A stretch of 63,028 nucleotides of DNA, the filler included, from Choristocarpus tenellus KU-1152 (lineage: Eukaryota; Protista; Phaeophyceae): assembly GCA_964200185.2 (NCBI GenBank). It is 8 parts of 8 records of this genome, joined end to end, with 100 filler letters (N's around TTAATTAATTAA, not from the genome) between each part and the next. Parts side by side here need not be neighbours in the genome. Positions count along the whole stretch, not along the records: positions 10,997 to 14,828 come from CAXNAD020017672.1; positions 14,929 to 27,532 come from CAXNAD020001768.1; 6 more parts are not named here. One strand, written 5' to 3'. Position 1 is the first letter of the stretch, and every line of letters begins with the position of its first letter. The notes below the pieces were generated by a model. That model ran no database searches. It had not been told where the DNA came from and saw only the letters and a list, made by a program, of their open reading frames with translations. Positions 11,309 through 23,859 of this stretch are shown here, piece after piece. The position numbers were made by a program, and so were the translations under genes.

Positions 11309-14300
11309 CAAGATCATTGGGTTCTGTACTAGAAACGAAAATTTCTCCGTACATTCTCAACAGCAATATCCATGAGAGGGTTGAATGCAATGCCAGTGTA
11401 ATTGACAGCAGCACCATCCACCTACTATTACTCCAATACACTGGTAAGGCACATGTGGCACGAGGTTAATATATATAATGTATAAAACATATTTTATGTT
11501 CTTAGTTAGTGCGGGCATACAACTGGCTGGCTGGTGGTGCTCCCCTCACCGACCAGTCATCGCTTTTGTCCTGACTGAGAGTGCACACCCACAGACAGGG
11601 CAAGGAAGGGAAAAGAAGATTTGCAAGGTGCCCATGGTAGTGCTGACAAAATCTGATGAGTGCCGAACAAAAAAGCTCTGATAATTACCACTCCGCCACT
11701 TAGGACTGTAATTAGCCACAGATCCATCCGAGATAGCTGAAAGTGAATGCAAGAGATGATCAATTGATTGTTGTTATATGTTATTGCCAGCAACCAACAG
11801 GTGCAGGATACACAGTGGAAAGTGGAAAACTTTCTTAGGAGGGACATATTAGAGACGAGAGAGATTCAGACCAGTAAAAATTGAAGATACATATAACTGC
11901 ATTGATTGGGTGATGAAGTGATGGGACTGGTGTTTACGTGAGGCACGCTGGACACCCTTGTGTGTTACTGTATAAATGAAGTATACACGAAAGTGTGTAT
12001 TAAATCGAGATCTAAAGAATATATATCACTTGAGCTTGAAAATATTCAAGCGTTGTGTTGTGGTCATTCTGGCTCCTACGAACCACCTGTGTGTTACTTG
12101 TGAGGAGGGTTGAGTTGGATAGGAGGAAGAGGCCCTTCCTGCTGTCTACCTCTCATCCTTATCCTCTGAACCCAGAATCATCAAGGATAGATAGTATCTC
12201 TGATCCAGACTGTGTCATGGTGCTTGCGTAAAAAGTGGGGGCACGCAACAAATTTCAAGGCAAAAATATTATGTTACATGGTGGCGTGTCTATAGTCATA
12301 TTCCGCATTGGACAGACTGCTCCAAGGGGGAGTCAAAGGAGGTTTTCAACTGTACAAAGAAAAGGCACTCTTTCGCCCATTCTTCCAAGCAAATAAAGAC
12401 ATTTTTTTCCATCAAAATTTTATTGCTATCTCAATTATATTATGTTCACCATTTAACCTAGGGCACTAGTCCAACCGTTGACCAGCGGCACCACACATTA
12501 CGTGCATTACATGTAGAGCTCTAGTGGTATTGATGTTATGGAGAATGTATCTTGCACTATTAGTACCGGCACCTTGCTTCTCGTACCTCGAGTTTGAACA
12601 GCCATCCCAACGTATGTTGCTCTGCCTCCTGCTTCATCGAATCTTGTTCAGTACCCCTCTTTGTAATGCTTCGTAACCTCACCATCTCGTTTCAGCTTTC
12701 TTAGGTTTTTGTGATATAGTGATAGACAAGATAGTACGACGTATTGTGTACAATGGATGTGTTCCTTGCCCACGCGGACTTTGGACAAATGATGGAAAAC
12801 AGATTTCCCTGAAAAGAAGGCTATTGGATCCAAGAACCAGCTGACCTTCAACAGCACCGTTCAGAAGACGAAACCAGTGAGTAGGTATAGCAATCAGTGC
12901 TAAGTTTCTTTGTACTCTAAACTCTATGATTTTGTTAGCAAGAATTATAGATCGTCACGCCTGCAAAATATCTAGGGAGGCATGATTTTAGAGGGTTACC
13001 AGCGACGTCGCGATGGAGCATTATACTCGCTAAAGAAGGTTTCCTAAATTGTGGAGGGATGGATGAAGTCGTATTTGTACTCAGGTGTCAATAAATCGTA
13101 GGAAGACGTGTTCACGCCTATCGGATTGTATTAATCCTCCATAATTTGGGTAGCTTTTTTTAATGAGTGTACGCACCCCTCACCATTGTTGCTAAATACA
13201 TATGCTCTTCATATTTTTAGCGAGCATGACAATATGTCGCAGTCACTAAATCGATATTGTATTATAGTACCTAGAAGACTAGCTTGCCAAACTGACTGTG
13301 AAACATACTGTTTGTGTGTGTGTGTGAACGGCAAATGTAAACTAGTGAGAGAGATAGTGCTGTGAATTGTAGCGACTGAATCGGTCCGATTCGATTAAAT
13401 TGGAGTTCATAAAACTGAAAATCTTGGGACGGATTATTTGGTTATTTTCTATTTTCAACTCTGAAATTACTGGGGGAGAGAAGGGACAAACTCAATCACA
13501 CAAACAAACACACAAGCACCGTAAACATCCCCAGGGCTGCAAAATATGCATGAATGTTCCCTGGTACCGTTTGGTGTAGTGTGTGGCTAGTATAGCACAG
13601 AATGGAGAAGGGGTAAAAGACGCCATGAAACCAGCCCGTTGGCAATTGGTGGTATCTACTTGGTCCAGCCAGTGCAAGGAGCGATTAGAGGAGATGAGTA
13701 GGGCGTCAAGAATCGAGCCGAAGAAAGCGATAGAGTATGTATCAACTTGTTAGTGGTTCACTTATATCATGATGGAGCACTTCACATCAAACCTGGCATC
13801 ATTCTTCACGATAACATTCTGTGGTCACCCACAAAGATTGTCGACATTCGAGTGGGAAGTAAGGAGTTAATGTAATGTAAAACAGAAATAGGAAGTTATT
13901 GTAGGAGGAATAAAGCGTTGAAGTCACCTGTCACTTGTCAAACCTTTCACAACTATGCAACAATAATATAAGATATCCTTCAAACCTCACATTAAAATCA
14001 TCACACACACTTCATTATTTCTCCATTTTGAAGTTGTATCATGATATATCTATATTATTATGTTGTTTGTCGTTTCTAGTTGTTTATCTGATTTCTACCT
14101 CTTCTCTAATCTTGCGAGTGATGTTTTCAGCCATTCTTCCTCATCTCTCACCTCGCCTTGTTTTTTCTTCCTGTTCTTTTGCTCCACTTAGGTGATGTGT
14201 CCAGTAAAAAGTTACTACCCATTATGGAAGTACAAAAGACTCTTGAGGGCGACACATATTTGAAAGTGCATTTTAGTTTCTTTAAGTGGAGCTCGAGAAT

Positions 14301-14730
14301 GTGGTGCAAGCCTCCAGTGCCTTCAACGTCACTATCCCTCACCTGACAGAAGTTTAAAAATGCTATCTGTGTGCTGGTGGTGCGCAAGCATGATGTTGTC
14401 TGATTTGAGCCGCTTTGGTATAATAAGGAGGAATATTATTAGAGTACTCTCATGGTGAGAACAGGCAGCCTAAATGATTTATTGGAAGCAGGTCTTGGCT
14501 ACTTATCTAGACCCCTAGGAGCAAAATCCCTTACGTCCATTATTCCACAGAATAAGAATGAAGACGTTTTGAGACAGGTGGAGTTGGGAGTACTAGGCAT
14601 TATGGAGGAGCATATAACACAAAAGCAGAGAATAGTACTGTGGTAGACCTAAGCCCAAGTCTACGTACTGCCCATCTTCAGCAGGTGCAGTCGCCCAAGA
14701 AAATACACTAGGAGGTTCACAAGAGGCTCC

Positions 14731-14828
14731 GACCCAAAGTATCCGGGGGGGGGGGGGGGGGGCCACCCCAAATTTGGGGCAACTCAACTGGGGGGGGGCG
14801 GGGGGGGGGGAGGGGGGGGGGTTTCGGG
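14731..14828. mobile_element. MITE family M1 left end running into poly-G at contig break
   Basis: GACCCAAAGTATCCGGGGGG matches the M1 terminus. Confidence 0.55.
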
Positions 14829-14928
14829 NNNNNNNNNNNNNNNNNNNNNNNNNNNNNNNNNNNNNNNNNNNNTTAATTAATTAANNNNNNNNNNNNNNNN
14901 NNNNNNNNNNNNNNNNNNNNNNNNNNNN
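14829..14928. other. Artificial contig spacer
   Basis: N44-TTAATTAATTAA-N44. Confidence 0.98.
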
Positions 14929-15233
14929 GTGTTCTTTCCTCGAGGATGAACCACTGTGTGTGTGAACCGGGACAGCACACGAGCATTGTGTCCAGAGGAT
15001 TGGGGATCAGGTGGGACAGGGTGAAGTCACAAGTCAGTTCTGAGTCGAGGAGTGCAAGAAAGATAGCACATAAAGAGTGGGGTGGAGGGTGGCATAGTGT
15101 GTTGCAGGTGTCCCTATGTTTTTACAATCACGATACGTAAACCTACTACTGTTTTCGAGGCTATTTCTTGCATAATGTACGGGTTTGAAATTTACCAGTA
15201 CCATATAGCTTTTGTCGGATCAAAATACCTGTG

Positions 15234-15270
<37 letters not shown>

Positions 15271-15440
15271 GATAGATACACACAGGACACACGCATACCA
15301 TAAAAAGTCTCAGAAATATTAGAAAAAAAATCCGTAAGGGAGGGGAACATCCGTGATATGTCGTACACGTATCACTCCTAGTGCAATACACAAAACCATT
15401 TCGCACACAGCATAGACAGCTACAAACTCGTTCACCTCAC

Positions 15441-15819
15441 CTCAGGGGCTACCACCTCTGAGGTCATTGCAAAAACGGCCTGCCAGTGATCCGTATCCTT
15501 GACCACTCTCTGACAATCTTGTACAGCCCTCACCGATGCTCCCCCTCCCACCCACCCCACCCCCCTGCCCTCTTGGTGAGGTACGGCAGGGTGATGAGGG
15601 GGTGGGGGGTGTCCTGGAGCAAAGGAGGTCTCAGAGTCCGGTCTGACCTCCTGAACTCTACCCCTGTTCCGTCCCTGACCGCCACCTGTGTCCACGGCTG
15701 TGGTAGTCGTGGTGGCAGCAGCGGCTCCTGCAACAGGTGCCAACGCCTCCGGGGTTTTAGGTACTGCTGTGCAACGGAAGAGTCGTTTCCAGGTCCCACC
15801 TTCCCTCTTCTTCTGGAGG
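15441..15819 (-). CDS. Probable internal exon of an unknown low-complexity protein
   Basis: TCGCAG| then open frame LQKKREGGTWKRLFRCTAVPKTPEALAPVAGAAAATTTTTAVD...DHWQAVFAMTSEVVAPE|GTGAGG; GC-richer than its flanks; no family recognised. Confidence 0.4.
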
Positions 15820-16191
15820 CTGCGATAGATGTGTGTGGGTCAATTGGGGACATACGGAAGCGTTTATGGAGCAGGGCAGGGGTATCATATAGGTGAAGAT
15901 TTTGGCCTGACCATGTATACTTCAGACAGAAAAATATGGTAAGTCTCTGCGAGTCACAGATATAGACAATATCAACGTGCCAAACCTAAGCCATAGCTGT
16001 TTGGCCTCAATAGCACTGGCAGGGGTTGTTACACCATTTACACCCTTTGCTATTCACTTGACTCTCTGTGTGTGCAGACTCAAATAGAGACAACGGCTCC
16101 ACTTCTACAGAAAGCCCTTGCATCTAGGTGAAAAGAAAAAACGATGACAAAACCACCAAATTTGGTCCACTATTTAAATTTTAGTGCAAGT

Positions 16192-16447
16192 GAGTGAAAG
16201 TATCCTAGAGGGTACGAGTTTTCCCCTGTTTGTCCATTTGGAGCTTGACTTCCCATGGGCTCTATGATATTTTCCTACTCCAAAATGTTTAGGAGTAGGT
16301 AAAGTGTATATGTTGTGAAAAGGTGTGTCCGGAACATGGATATTGACATTTCCTAACAAAAACTATAGCCAAAATTACATCGAAATTGCAACATTGGATT
16401 TTGCCCCCCAAATGGACCCTGCTCTATCCTCTAAGATACGTCGGCTC
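16192..16447 (+). mobile_element. MITE family M2, full copy (~256 bp)
   Basis: Termini GAGTGAAAGTATCCTAGAGGGTA ... TATCCTCTAAGATACGTCGGCTC; AAGT duplicated on both flanks. Confidence 0.85.
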
Positions 16448-19379
16448 AAGTATCTTACCACTTGAAGAAAAGAGGAAGCATCACACAAATAAAAATGTAC
16501 AGCATGTAGGAGCGTGCTTAGTTACAAGACTCTACCTTCAACCCACAGCATGTTTGTACATACTATGTAGCATACAAAAAAGGAATGGTTTCTCTTTTTA
16601 CAACTCCCACCCTAGAGAGCACGAACAACAACATAGTCCGTTTATGGAGGAAGCTGGCACCAAAATTCTCGCCTTCCAAGTCTTGTGGATCTTGAAATAT
16701 CAATCCCATCAGTAGGAAGACTATATGTTATATATATATATTGGCAAGTGAACCAGTGCCATCGATGAAACATTGTTCCTGCCAAAAACCTTGCTACCCT
16801 GTCGATATTTATTTCCATCTATTCTGACATGAGGGCATAATCGTTAGTGCAGTAGTAGCCTAAGGGTGTGGTGAGAACAGACACAACCAGCTAGCAAAAC
16901 CAACCAATGGCTACTCGATTGGAAAAAAAACACACGCCCGCATTGCCGCAAACACGGCAGTCGAGAGTGGTGCAGCACTCTCTCTAGGGAACTCCTCCCC
17001 AGGTGTGACTGCACTGAGATGTCCTTCATCGCCTTAAGCATCCATCTCTGACAATGCCAGCACTGGGTTGGATGCTGGAGGTGACAATCCCGTGGTGATG
17101 GGGGTTGGTGCAGAAACATTGTCGTCAGGAGGAGAATCTTCGACTACACCAACTGATCCAGATACACACTCGGATTCTTGGACATTGTTTTGTTGGCTTC
17201 CGTAGAGCCGATCTGGAGTCAAGCCCAGAACCAGGTCAACCAGGGGCAAATGCGGCGCAGTGGTTGACTCCTCCGCAAGTGCTATGTCTCCCTGGCAATT
17301 TGCAGGCCATGGTTTGCACGTTCAAAGGTTGACAGGTAAATGGATGGCAAGTTTGTAAATATTCTCAGTAGAGTACAACTCTTTTTGTTTCAAATGACAA
17401 ACCACCACAGAGCACTACATTATGGAGTCAGTTGAATCATTTCTGGTGAGGTTTTATCCTTGGTTTGGTCAGTACCATAACAACAGACAAGGTCCAAGAT
17501 AGGTCCGGGGCTGCAAACCTTCGCTCGCGTGTTAGTACAGATCTGCCGAACTAGGCAACAAGAAAAAAATCGCCTCAAGTCAAGTACGCCACGCGGCAAC
17601 ACTGAAGCACGCCAATATATCACGCACGCACGAAGTTTCTGTGAGCAACTGCCGGGTGTTGCACATACTACTACATAACAAACACCAAGGAGTTTTGAGA
17701 AGTGTCCAATCAAGGAGTGTGTACACATGGGAAACACTCAAATCACCCCTAAAGCACAAGAAGACATGCAAGGTAAGGCAGAAGTATCAGTACACCTGTT
17801 GCTTAGGTCCAAATATCCGTTGAAGAGCAAGACCACCTCCAACCACAATAGTACCCATCACCACGAAAATGCATATGACGAGGGGGACAGACTGCCAGAG
17901 ATCCAGGTCTGGAGGACGGACTGGTGTTCTTGAAGGGTGGAATACCACGAGGGCACCTGCATATGACACACAGTTAGAGATATGATGGTGTCAACTTGGG
18001 AATATTACATGTGACACACAACTCAACTCTTAATCTACAAGATATGTGTTGAAGACTTTGCAGCGTACAGTGCTGCTCTGTCTCTGGGCGTGAGATAGGT
18101 GTTGTAGCTTGGCTTGTTGGTATTCTACGTCTTGTAGCATTGAAAGTAACATTCTTTCTACCCAAAATCAATACAATTAAGACATGGAGTGGAGAAGAGG
18201 TGCAATAAACCTGCTTGTTTGAAGTGGCATGTAGTGGTTCAATCGGGTGTGTACCCTAAGCTCCCCGAAGAATGTGTAAGCAAACAATCAGTAGGGTAAA
18301 TCGATTATATACACATGTCGACTATCAACGCTATTGCAAACACTTTGATGCAGTTTGGGGCTGTATATCTTCTTGTATCGGTCTCAATCATGGACCAGTC
18401 ACCAGTACCTCTCCCCAAAACATGGTATATGTACTCTATCTATCCCGGGCTGGTTCTTGGCAACTTCTGTTCTCACCTCGAGAATAGCGACTGAGATGTA
18501 CACTGCTTGGATCTAACTAGTAGCCTACACTTTCACCTATGCTAGGCCACAAACCACCTCAGCTGAGGGACTCTGAGCACTTTAAAAACAACCTATGTAT
18601 GACTTTGGTGGCACTGAATTCCCAAGACGGAAAAGGGTGATGCAAGGAGATGCTTTGACTCAATTTGTCGTCTCGGCAGTACTATGTACAGACACCTAAT
18701 GTTTGTGTTGCCCAGACCTACTTCAGTTGGCAGACATCTCATTTCCGTATCTCAATGAAGACATGTATTGAAGCTATGCAGCATCAACAAAATGTACAAC
18801 TCATGTCAGCTTTTGAATTCTGGCATGTCTGTTGTAAGTCCAAAGAGTCCTCCTCCTCGACTACTGTAATGGCCAACATAGGGCTCAAACCCCAATCCAC
18901 CTTTTACCATATGCTACCCCATAATCCCTTGCATAACAAGCATGAATATAGCTACCATATAAATGATTTATTCCTTCCCTCTAATGTCCCCTTTAATCAA
19001 CAACAGTATTAACACTACCGCATGCAATCCGCTGATTATCCCACCTGCTAACCTATGAACAAGTTCAAGCATATATACAGACTTGAACTCAGGTAGTGAC
19101 ATGCCCATGATGTGTCACACGTGCTCCGGGGATTGTTTGAGTACCTACCAAACTCTGTATCCCAACTTGTGCCATTTGAAGGCGAGACAACCCCAGAAAC
19201 AAGGTTTTCCACTGAGTATTTGATAGATCGGAGTCGGACAATCTGGTGAGACCACGAACAAAAATCATGATAACTCTTCCCAAGCACATGATGCCTAGCC
19301 AAAGAGATAGAAACTATCTTTTCTGCCGTGTGGTTTACTCATCTTTACCGATCCAGTAGTAACTTCTACTAATCCAAAC

Positions 19380-20236
19380 CTCTTTGCAAGAGCATCAAGA
19401 TAATTCATCTTTAGGTGATATTGGTAAAGCTTTATATCTTCTTCTACATTTTGTTCTTCCATTAATTGCTTTATCAGGTCAAAGTCATTTCAAGAACACT
19501 CCTTTCATTCAACCACTTGCTGTCATCTCATTTCACCTGCAGAAGCCAACATATATTCAAATGAATATTTGGTTATGTCATGTTTCTTTCATGAAAGCCA
19601 TCACCAATATTTTACTATCACTCAAATAACCCAAGCTATTGCCAATGATCCGAAAGATATTTCCTAAACCAACACCAATATCCCTAAGTTGCTTGGAAAC
19701 ATCGTTTTTAGCAGCGGCTATTGCTCCAACTTTACAAGCAGCACGAAAACGCTGAGCTGTTCAAGTATCAACAATAGTAGTATGTTCTTGCGCTGACACC
19801 AACTCTTTCTGCTTCAACTGGGCAAGTTGACATGCTTCACCTTCTGGAATAACTTCAGATGCATCAGACAGATCAACTGAGGCAGGTAATGATATAGTTT
19901 AACATTTAACGTGAATGATTGACTAACCAATATACTTGCTTTGCTTCCACAAACAGCATTTGCTCAAGGTAGGAAACGGCGCATCTTGCTACCGTATTCT
20001 ACATCATCATGCAAGAGTGTGGTCATGTGGATAGATTCAACGGAGGCAGTAAATTTTGTAACATTGTTTCCAAGTGTATAGTTGAAATTAGCCCCATATT
20101 CTTACCAAAGGCAGTTGTTAAATGATTGCTAACTAACAGTATAGATTTCCTTCTACTCAAAGTCTATCAAATATGTCAGAATTCATTGCAGATATATCTG
20201 CTGATAAGTAGGTATGAATTTGATCAATAAATCCAC
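19380..20236 (-). pseudogene. ispB: Bacterial (Rickettsiaceae-like) octaprenyl/polyprenyl diphosphate synthase pseudogene, intron-less
   Basis: Minus-strand fragments in order: IDQIHTYLSADISAMNSDIFDRL / SNHLTTAFGK / FNYTLGNNVTKFTASVESIHMTTLLHDDVEYGSKMRRFLP*ANAVCGSKASILV-SQSFTL / LSDASEVIPEGEACQLAQLKQK / TAQRFRAACKVGAIAA / LGNIFRIIGNSLGY / NIGDGFHERNMT*P / DFDLIKQLMEEQNV. LLHDDV is at 20017-20000. Colinear with IspB (VEFIHxATLLHDDV, RRxxPTAN, EGExxQL, KTAxLFxAAC, GxxFQxxDD, GDDFxEGKxTLP). Several stops and frameshifts. Confidence 0.88.
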
Positions 20237-20245
20237 AATGATGAT

Positions 20246-20825
20246 CTATTCATGAAAACAATATCTAGGGCTGGTGAGATTTTTGAGCATCCCCTTAGCT
20301 ATATTAGCTTTTAGAATAGTTAGATCTAAGGCTTCTTTATTCAGAATTGTCTTCTCTAGCTTCCTTAGAATAGATCTTTTCATGTATTTTCCGTAAGATA
20401 TCTTTGGAAGCATTTCTTGAAGTAATGGATTCTTAGCACCAATTCTAGGTCAAATGTTTTGGATTCCATCTAAATCATCTCCACCATATCTAACTTTTCC
20501 AAATATATTCTGTACAGCACAAATGTGTGAGGCTGAGGTATTTGTTCTACTTTCATATTACCAAATTATGTTATACCAGGATTTTCCAAGTTTACAGAAT
20601 ATTCGATTCTGCCTCGTCAAATAGAGTTTCAAAATTTGATTTTGGACCTGGAACCCCAGATCTAAATATGTATTCAAACAGAAGCTCTAGCACCGTCATA
20701 GAGTTTATTGTAAGGATAACTCCTATTATAAAACAACAGTAAATCTTTCCAGAGTTTACGATTGCTTCCACTTTATGGTTTAATCTAACTCCATACTCCT
20801 CTGAAAAAGGACTAAAATCTTTCAT
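20246..20825 (-). pseudogene. Disrupted bacterial-type hypothetical ORF immediately upstream of ispB
   Basis: Starts MKDFSPFSEEYGVRLNHKVEAIVNSGKIYCCFIIGVIL...; later frame AVQNIFGKVRYGGDDLDGI...LRKLEKTILNKEALDLTILKANIAKGMLKNL...HE* ends about 10 nt before the ispB start; same strand, AT-rich, no introns. Confidence 0.55.
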
Positions 20826-21127
20826 GTCCTATGATGTGTGAATTATTCCACTCGGCAGTGGCAGATCAATAACAATTTGATAATCATTCATGTCTTTTTG
20901 CTACATTTTCCTCATCACTTAACTTCATACATTCTTTGCTAAGGAACTTCACATTTAGTATCAAAATCATCATGACTGCAGTAAAAATATCAATCAAGCA
21001 AACTGTCACCGAATCAAATTTAGATGCTCTAAAGGTATTGAGATGTGAGTAATTTCTTTAGTTGAGTTGAAGAGTGAATATTTTGTTGATTTACCTAGAA
21101 TACTTTGTATAGCTCCAATTGATACTG

Positions 21128-21166
<39 letters not shown>

Positions 21167-23137
21167 GTCGAACCAATCTCCAGAAAATTCAGTATGATTT
21201 GAAAATATCACAAAAATACTAAACCAGTATAGGTAAGCAGGTAAGGTGTGACTAATGAAGAAAATAGCCAAGAAAGGTGTCGAAATATAATACTTCCAAT
21301 CAGCATAAAGGTAGCACAAGAAATATCCTGACATAAACACATTATCCCAAAATATTCACATACAAAACTGTACTAGGATAAAGTTCATTCACCCTTGCTT
21401 TACATGGGCCTTCAAGCCAAGATTTTCTCTTCATTGAGTCCCCAGATGTATGTTCTGATGAAAAATATGGTATGGTATCCGAATGGAAACAATGTCTATT
21501 GGTATTCATACTCCAAGTCCAAACCTTCGACCAAACTTAAACTATTGCTTTCGATGCAAGGACAAGTGCTTGGTGTACAAACCTGCCATGCACCCCCCAA
21601 CTCACATGAGTGCTGCCCAGTACAAACTGTGCTGGTATTGGCGGCGTTGGCGAAAGAGGGAAGGGAAGCATTGAAGGTCTCGACCCTGTTCACTTCTGCT
21701 TGAGTTGTATGGACCTCAGCCTCAGTGCAACTGGCAAATGAAGCCTGCTCGCCTGACCTGTCTCGACCTTCCTCCCCAGCCAGAAAGGAAGAGCCTGTGG
21801 AGGAGGTGTTGAGCATGAGGAGATGAAAACGTGAATATGCTAGTCCCTTGGGTATACTCTGTAAGATTATAAAATATACAAGATGGTGTGTCGTGCGCAG
21901 AAGAAGAGAGAGAGAGAGAAGCAAATGCTATGTAGACAATGTGGCAGCATTGGCCATGCATCACCTCTGCTGCGGGGACTTTGAGTTCAAAATGTATCAT
22001 CAGAACATGGCGTATTGGTTCCTCATATGCAGCCTCATGTCTAATCATTTCAATCCACCACAACCGGGATAACCAAATACATTGGACTTAGATCTGTACA
22101 TCACATGAATTGCATGGTAACGAGTAAGGACCTCGATCAAAAGTAATACTGGAGTCCCACCACCTAACATATGGTCGCAAATGTCAATGTGATGGGCAAT
22201 GCGGGCAAGAAGTTGGCCAATTGTCAGACCAAGTTCTATGCTCATACGCCAGCCAAATCCTTGCCAGTATCATCCATCACAGGGACATCTGTGACTATGT
22301 GAGATCAAATACGGACATATACTGTCTTCAAGAAGGTGGCTACAACTCTTTGCATCCTGGTACAATGACTTGTTCTTCACCGCAGTAGGGATGATGGAAT
22401 TTGATAGCTTGGAGTCAGACCTACCCATCCCGAAGATAATATGGCACTCCAAATTCGATCAGAATCTCATGAAGTTGATGTGGGTGACGCGGAATGTGCC
22501 GTATCCCACGGGGTCAACATGTTGAGAAATGTCTACTTACTGAGGTAGAAGAACGTCACGTGTACCAATCGTAGTCCACCGTAACAAGTTTTACCTGCAC
22601 GATTGAGTCTCAGAGTAAATGCCTCCCACCGAGTCATGGTCTTGTAGATACCCATATCCTCTGTGAGATGCACTGGTGTTCCTGGAAGGCGGAACACCAC
22701 GAGGGCACCTGCATATGGTACGAGGTCAGTGATAAGGACATGAACTTGGGAATGTGACATGTGACACATAGCTCACTCTTACACATTCGAGAAACAATTG
22801 TTCCAGTATTTGCAAAGTATGGTGGTGATCTGTTTCTGGGCAAGAGATAGATGTTGGGGGTTGATTTGTTGATTTCAGCATTTGGTAGGAACAATTATTC
22901 TACTTCCTCTCAAGTTTTGTTTCTACCAACACACTAAATCAAGGCACGACCCAGAGAAGAGGTGCAGTGATCTTGTCGTGTTTCAAGCAGTATGCATCAC
23001 TGTGATTGGGTGTATCAAAGAATATCCTTGGAGAAGGCATAAGCGAACAATTGAGTACAAGCCTGTGTCCAACTCTATCCCAAACACTTTGATGCTGTTT
23101 TGGTTTCCCGTCTCTTCATGTATCAGTTCCAGATATG

Positions 23138-23322
23138 GGCTCAAGCTATCTGGAGGTGGGTGGAGGCTGTTTATTTGGTGCCATTATTTCCATGTCGCGA
23201 TTTTTTTGTGTTATTTGGTTGCATACGTCGGATGGATAGTGTATGTTCACTTTTCCCGGTTAAGACCCAAATGGACACCCTGGTGTAGAACACCGCCCCC
23301 ACCCTACCAGATACTTTGGGTC
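23138..23322. mobile_element. MITE family M1, full copy inserted in tandem unit B
   Basis: GGCTCAAGCTATCTGGAGG ... CCAGATACTTTGGGTC with ATG(G) duplicated; absent from the paralogous sites at ~18385 and ~26160. Confidence 0.85.
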
Positions 23323-23598
23323 ATGGGCCCGTCAACAGTACTTCTTCTAAGAGTATGATATATATGTATTCAATCTCTCTCGAGGTGGGTATTAGGAATT
23401 TCTTCTTACATCTCGAGAACAGGGATTGAGACAATCTTCTTGGATTGAACTGTACCGATATCTTGTTTACACTTTCAACTGCAATGTGGTTACCGATGCT
23501 TGAACCACCACAAACGAGAGGCTTTGAATCCAACTCAAAACATATCATTGTTTTGAGGACAGTTCTAATCATTAGGATGGCCTCCCAAGACGGAAAAT

Positions 23599-23859
23599 GA
23601 GTGAAAGAATCCTACAGGGTACGGGTTTTGCAGTGTTTCTCCGTTTGGGGCTTGACTTCCCACGTTAATTTTTTTATGACATTATATCCCTCGGAAATGT
23701 TTCAGAGTAGGTAAAATGTATGCATTATGAAAAGGTGTGTCTGGAAGAAGGACATGGACACTTCCTTACAAATACAATAGCCAAAATTACAACAAAATCG
23801 CAGCATTGGATTTTGGCCCCTAAGCGGACGCAGCTCTACCCTCTAAGATCATTTGACTC
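23599..23859 (+). mobile_element. MITE family M2, full copy inserted in tandem unit B
   Basis: GAGTGAAAGAATCCTACAGGGTAC ... TACCCTCTAAGATCATTTGACTC; empty paralogous site at 18621-18660 (cccaagacggaaaagggtgatgcaaggagatgctttgac). Confidence 0.85.

Noticed and set aside
19380-20825. Contamination from a live bacterial symbiont, or an organellar insert
   Set aside because: Multiple stops and frameshifts, an adjacent embedded (TA)n tract at 21130-21163 and colinear host repeat on both sides favour old integration; ispB is not a typical mitochondrial gene. Read-level confirmation is still needed.
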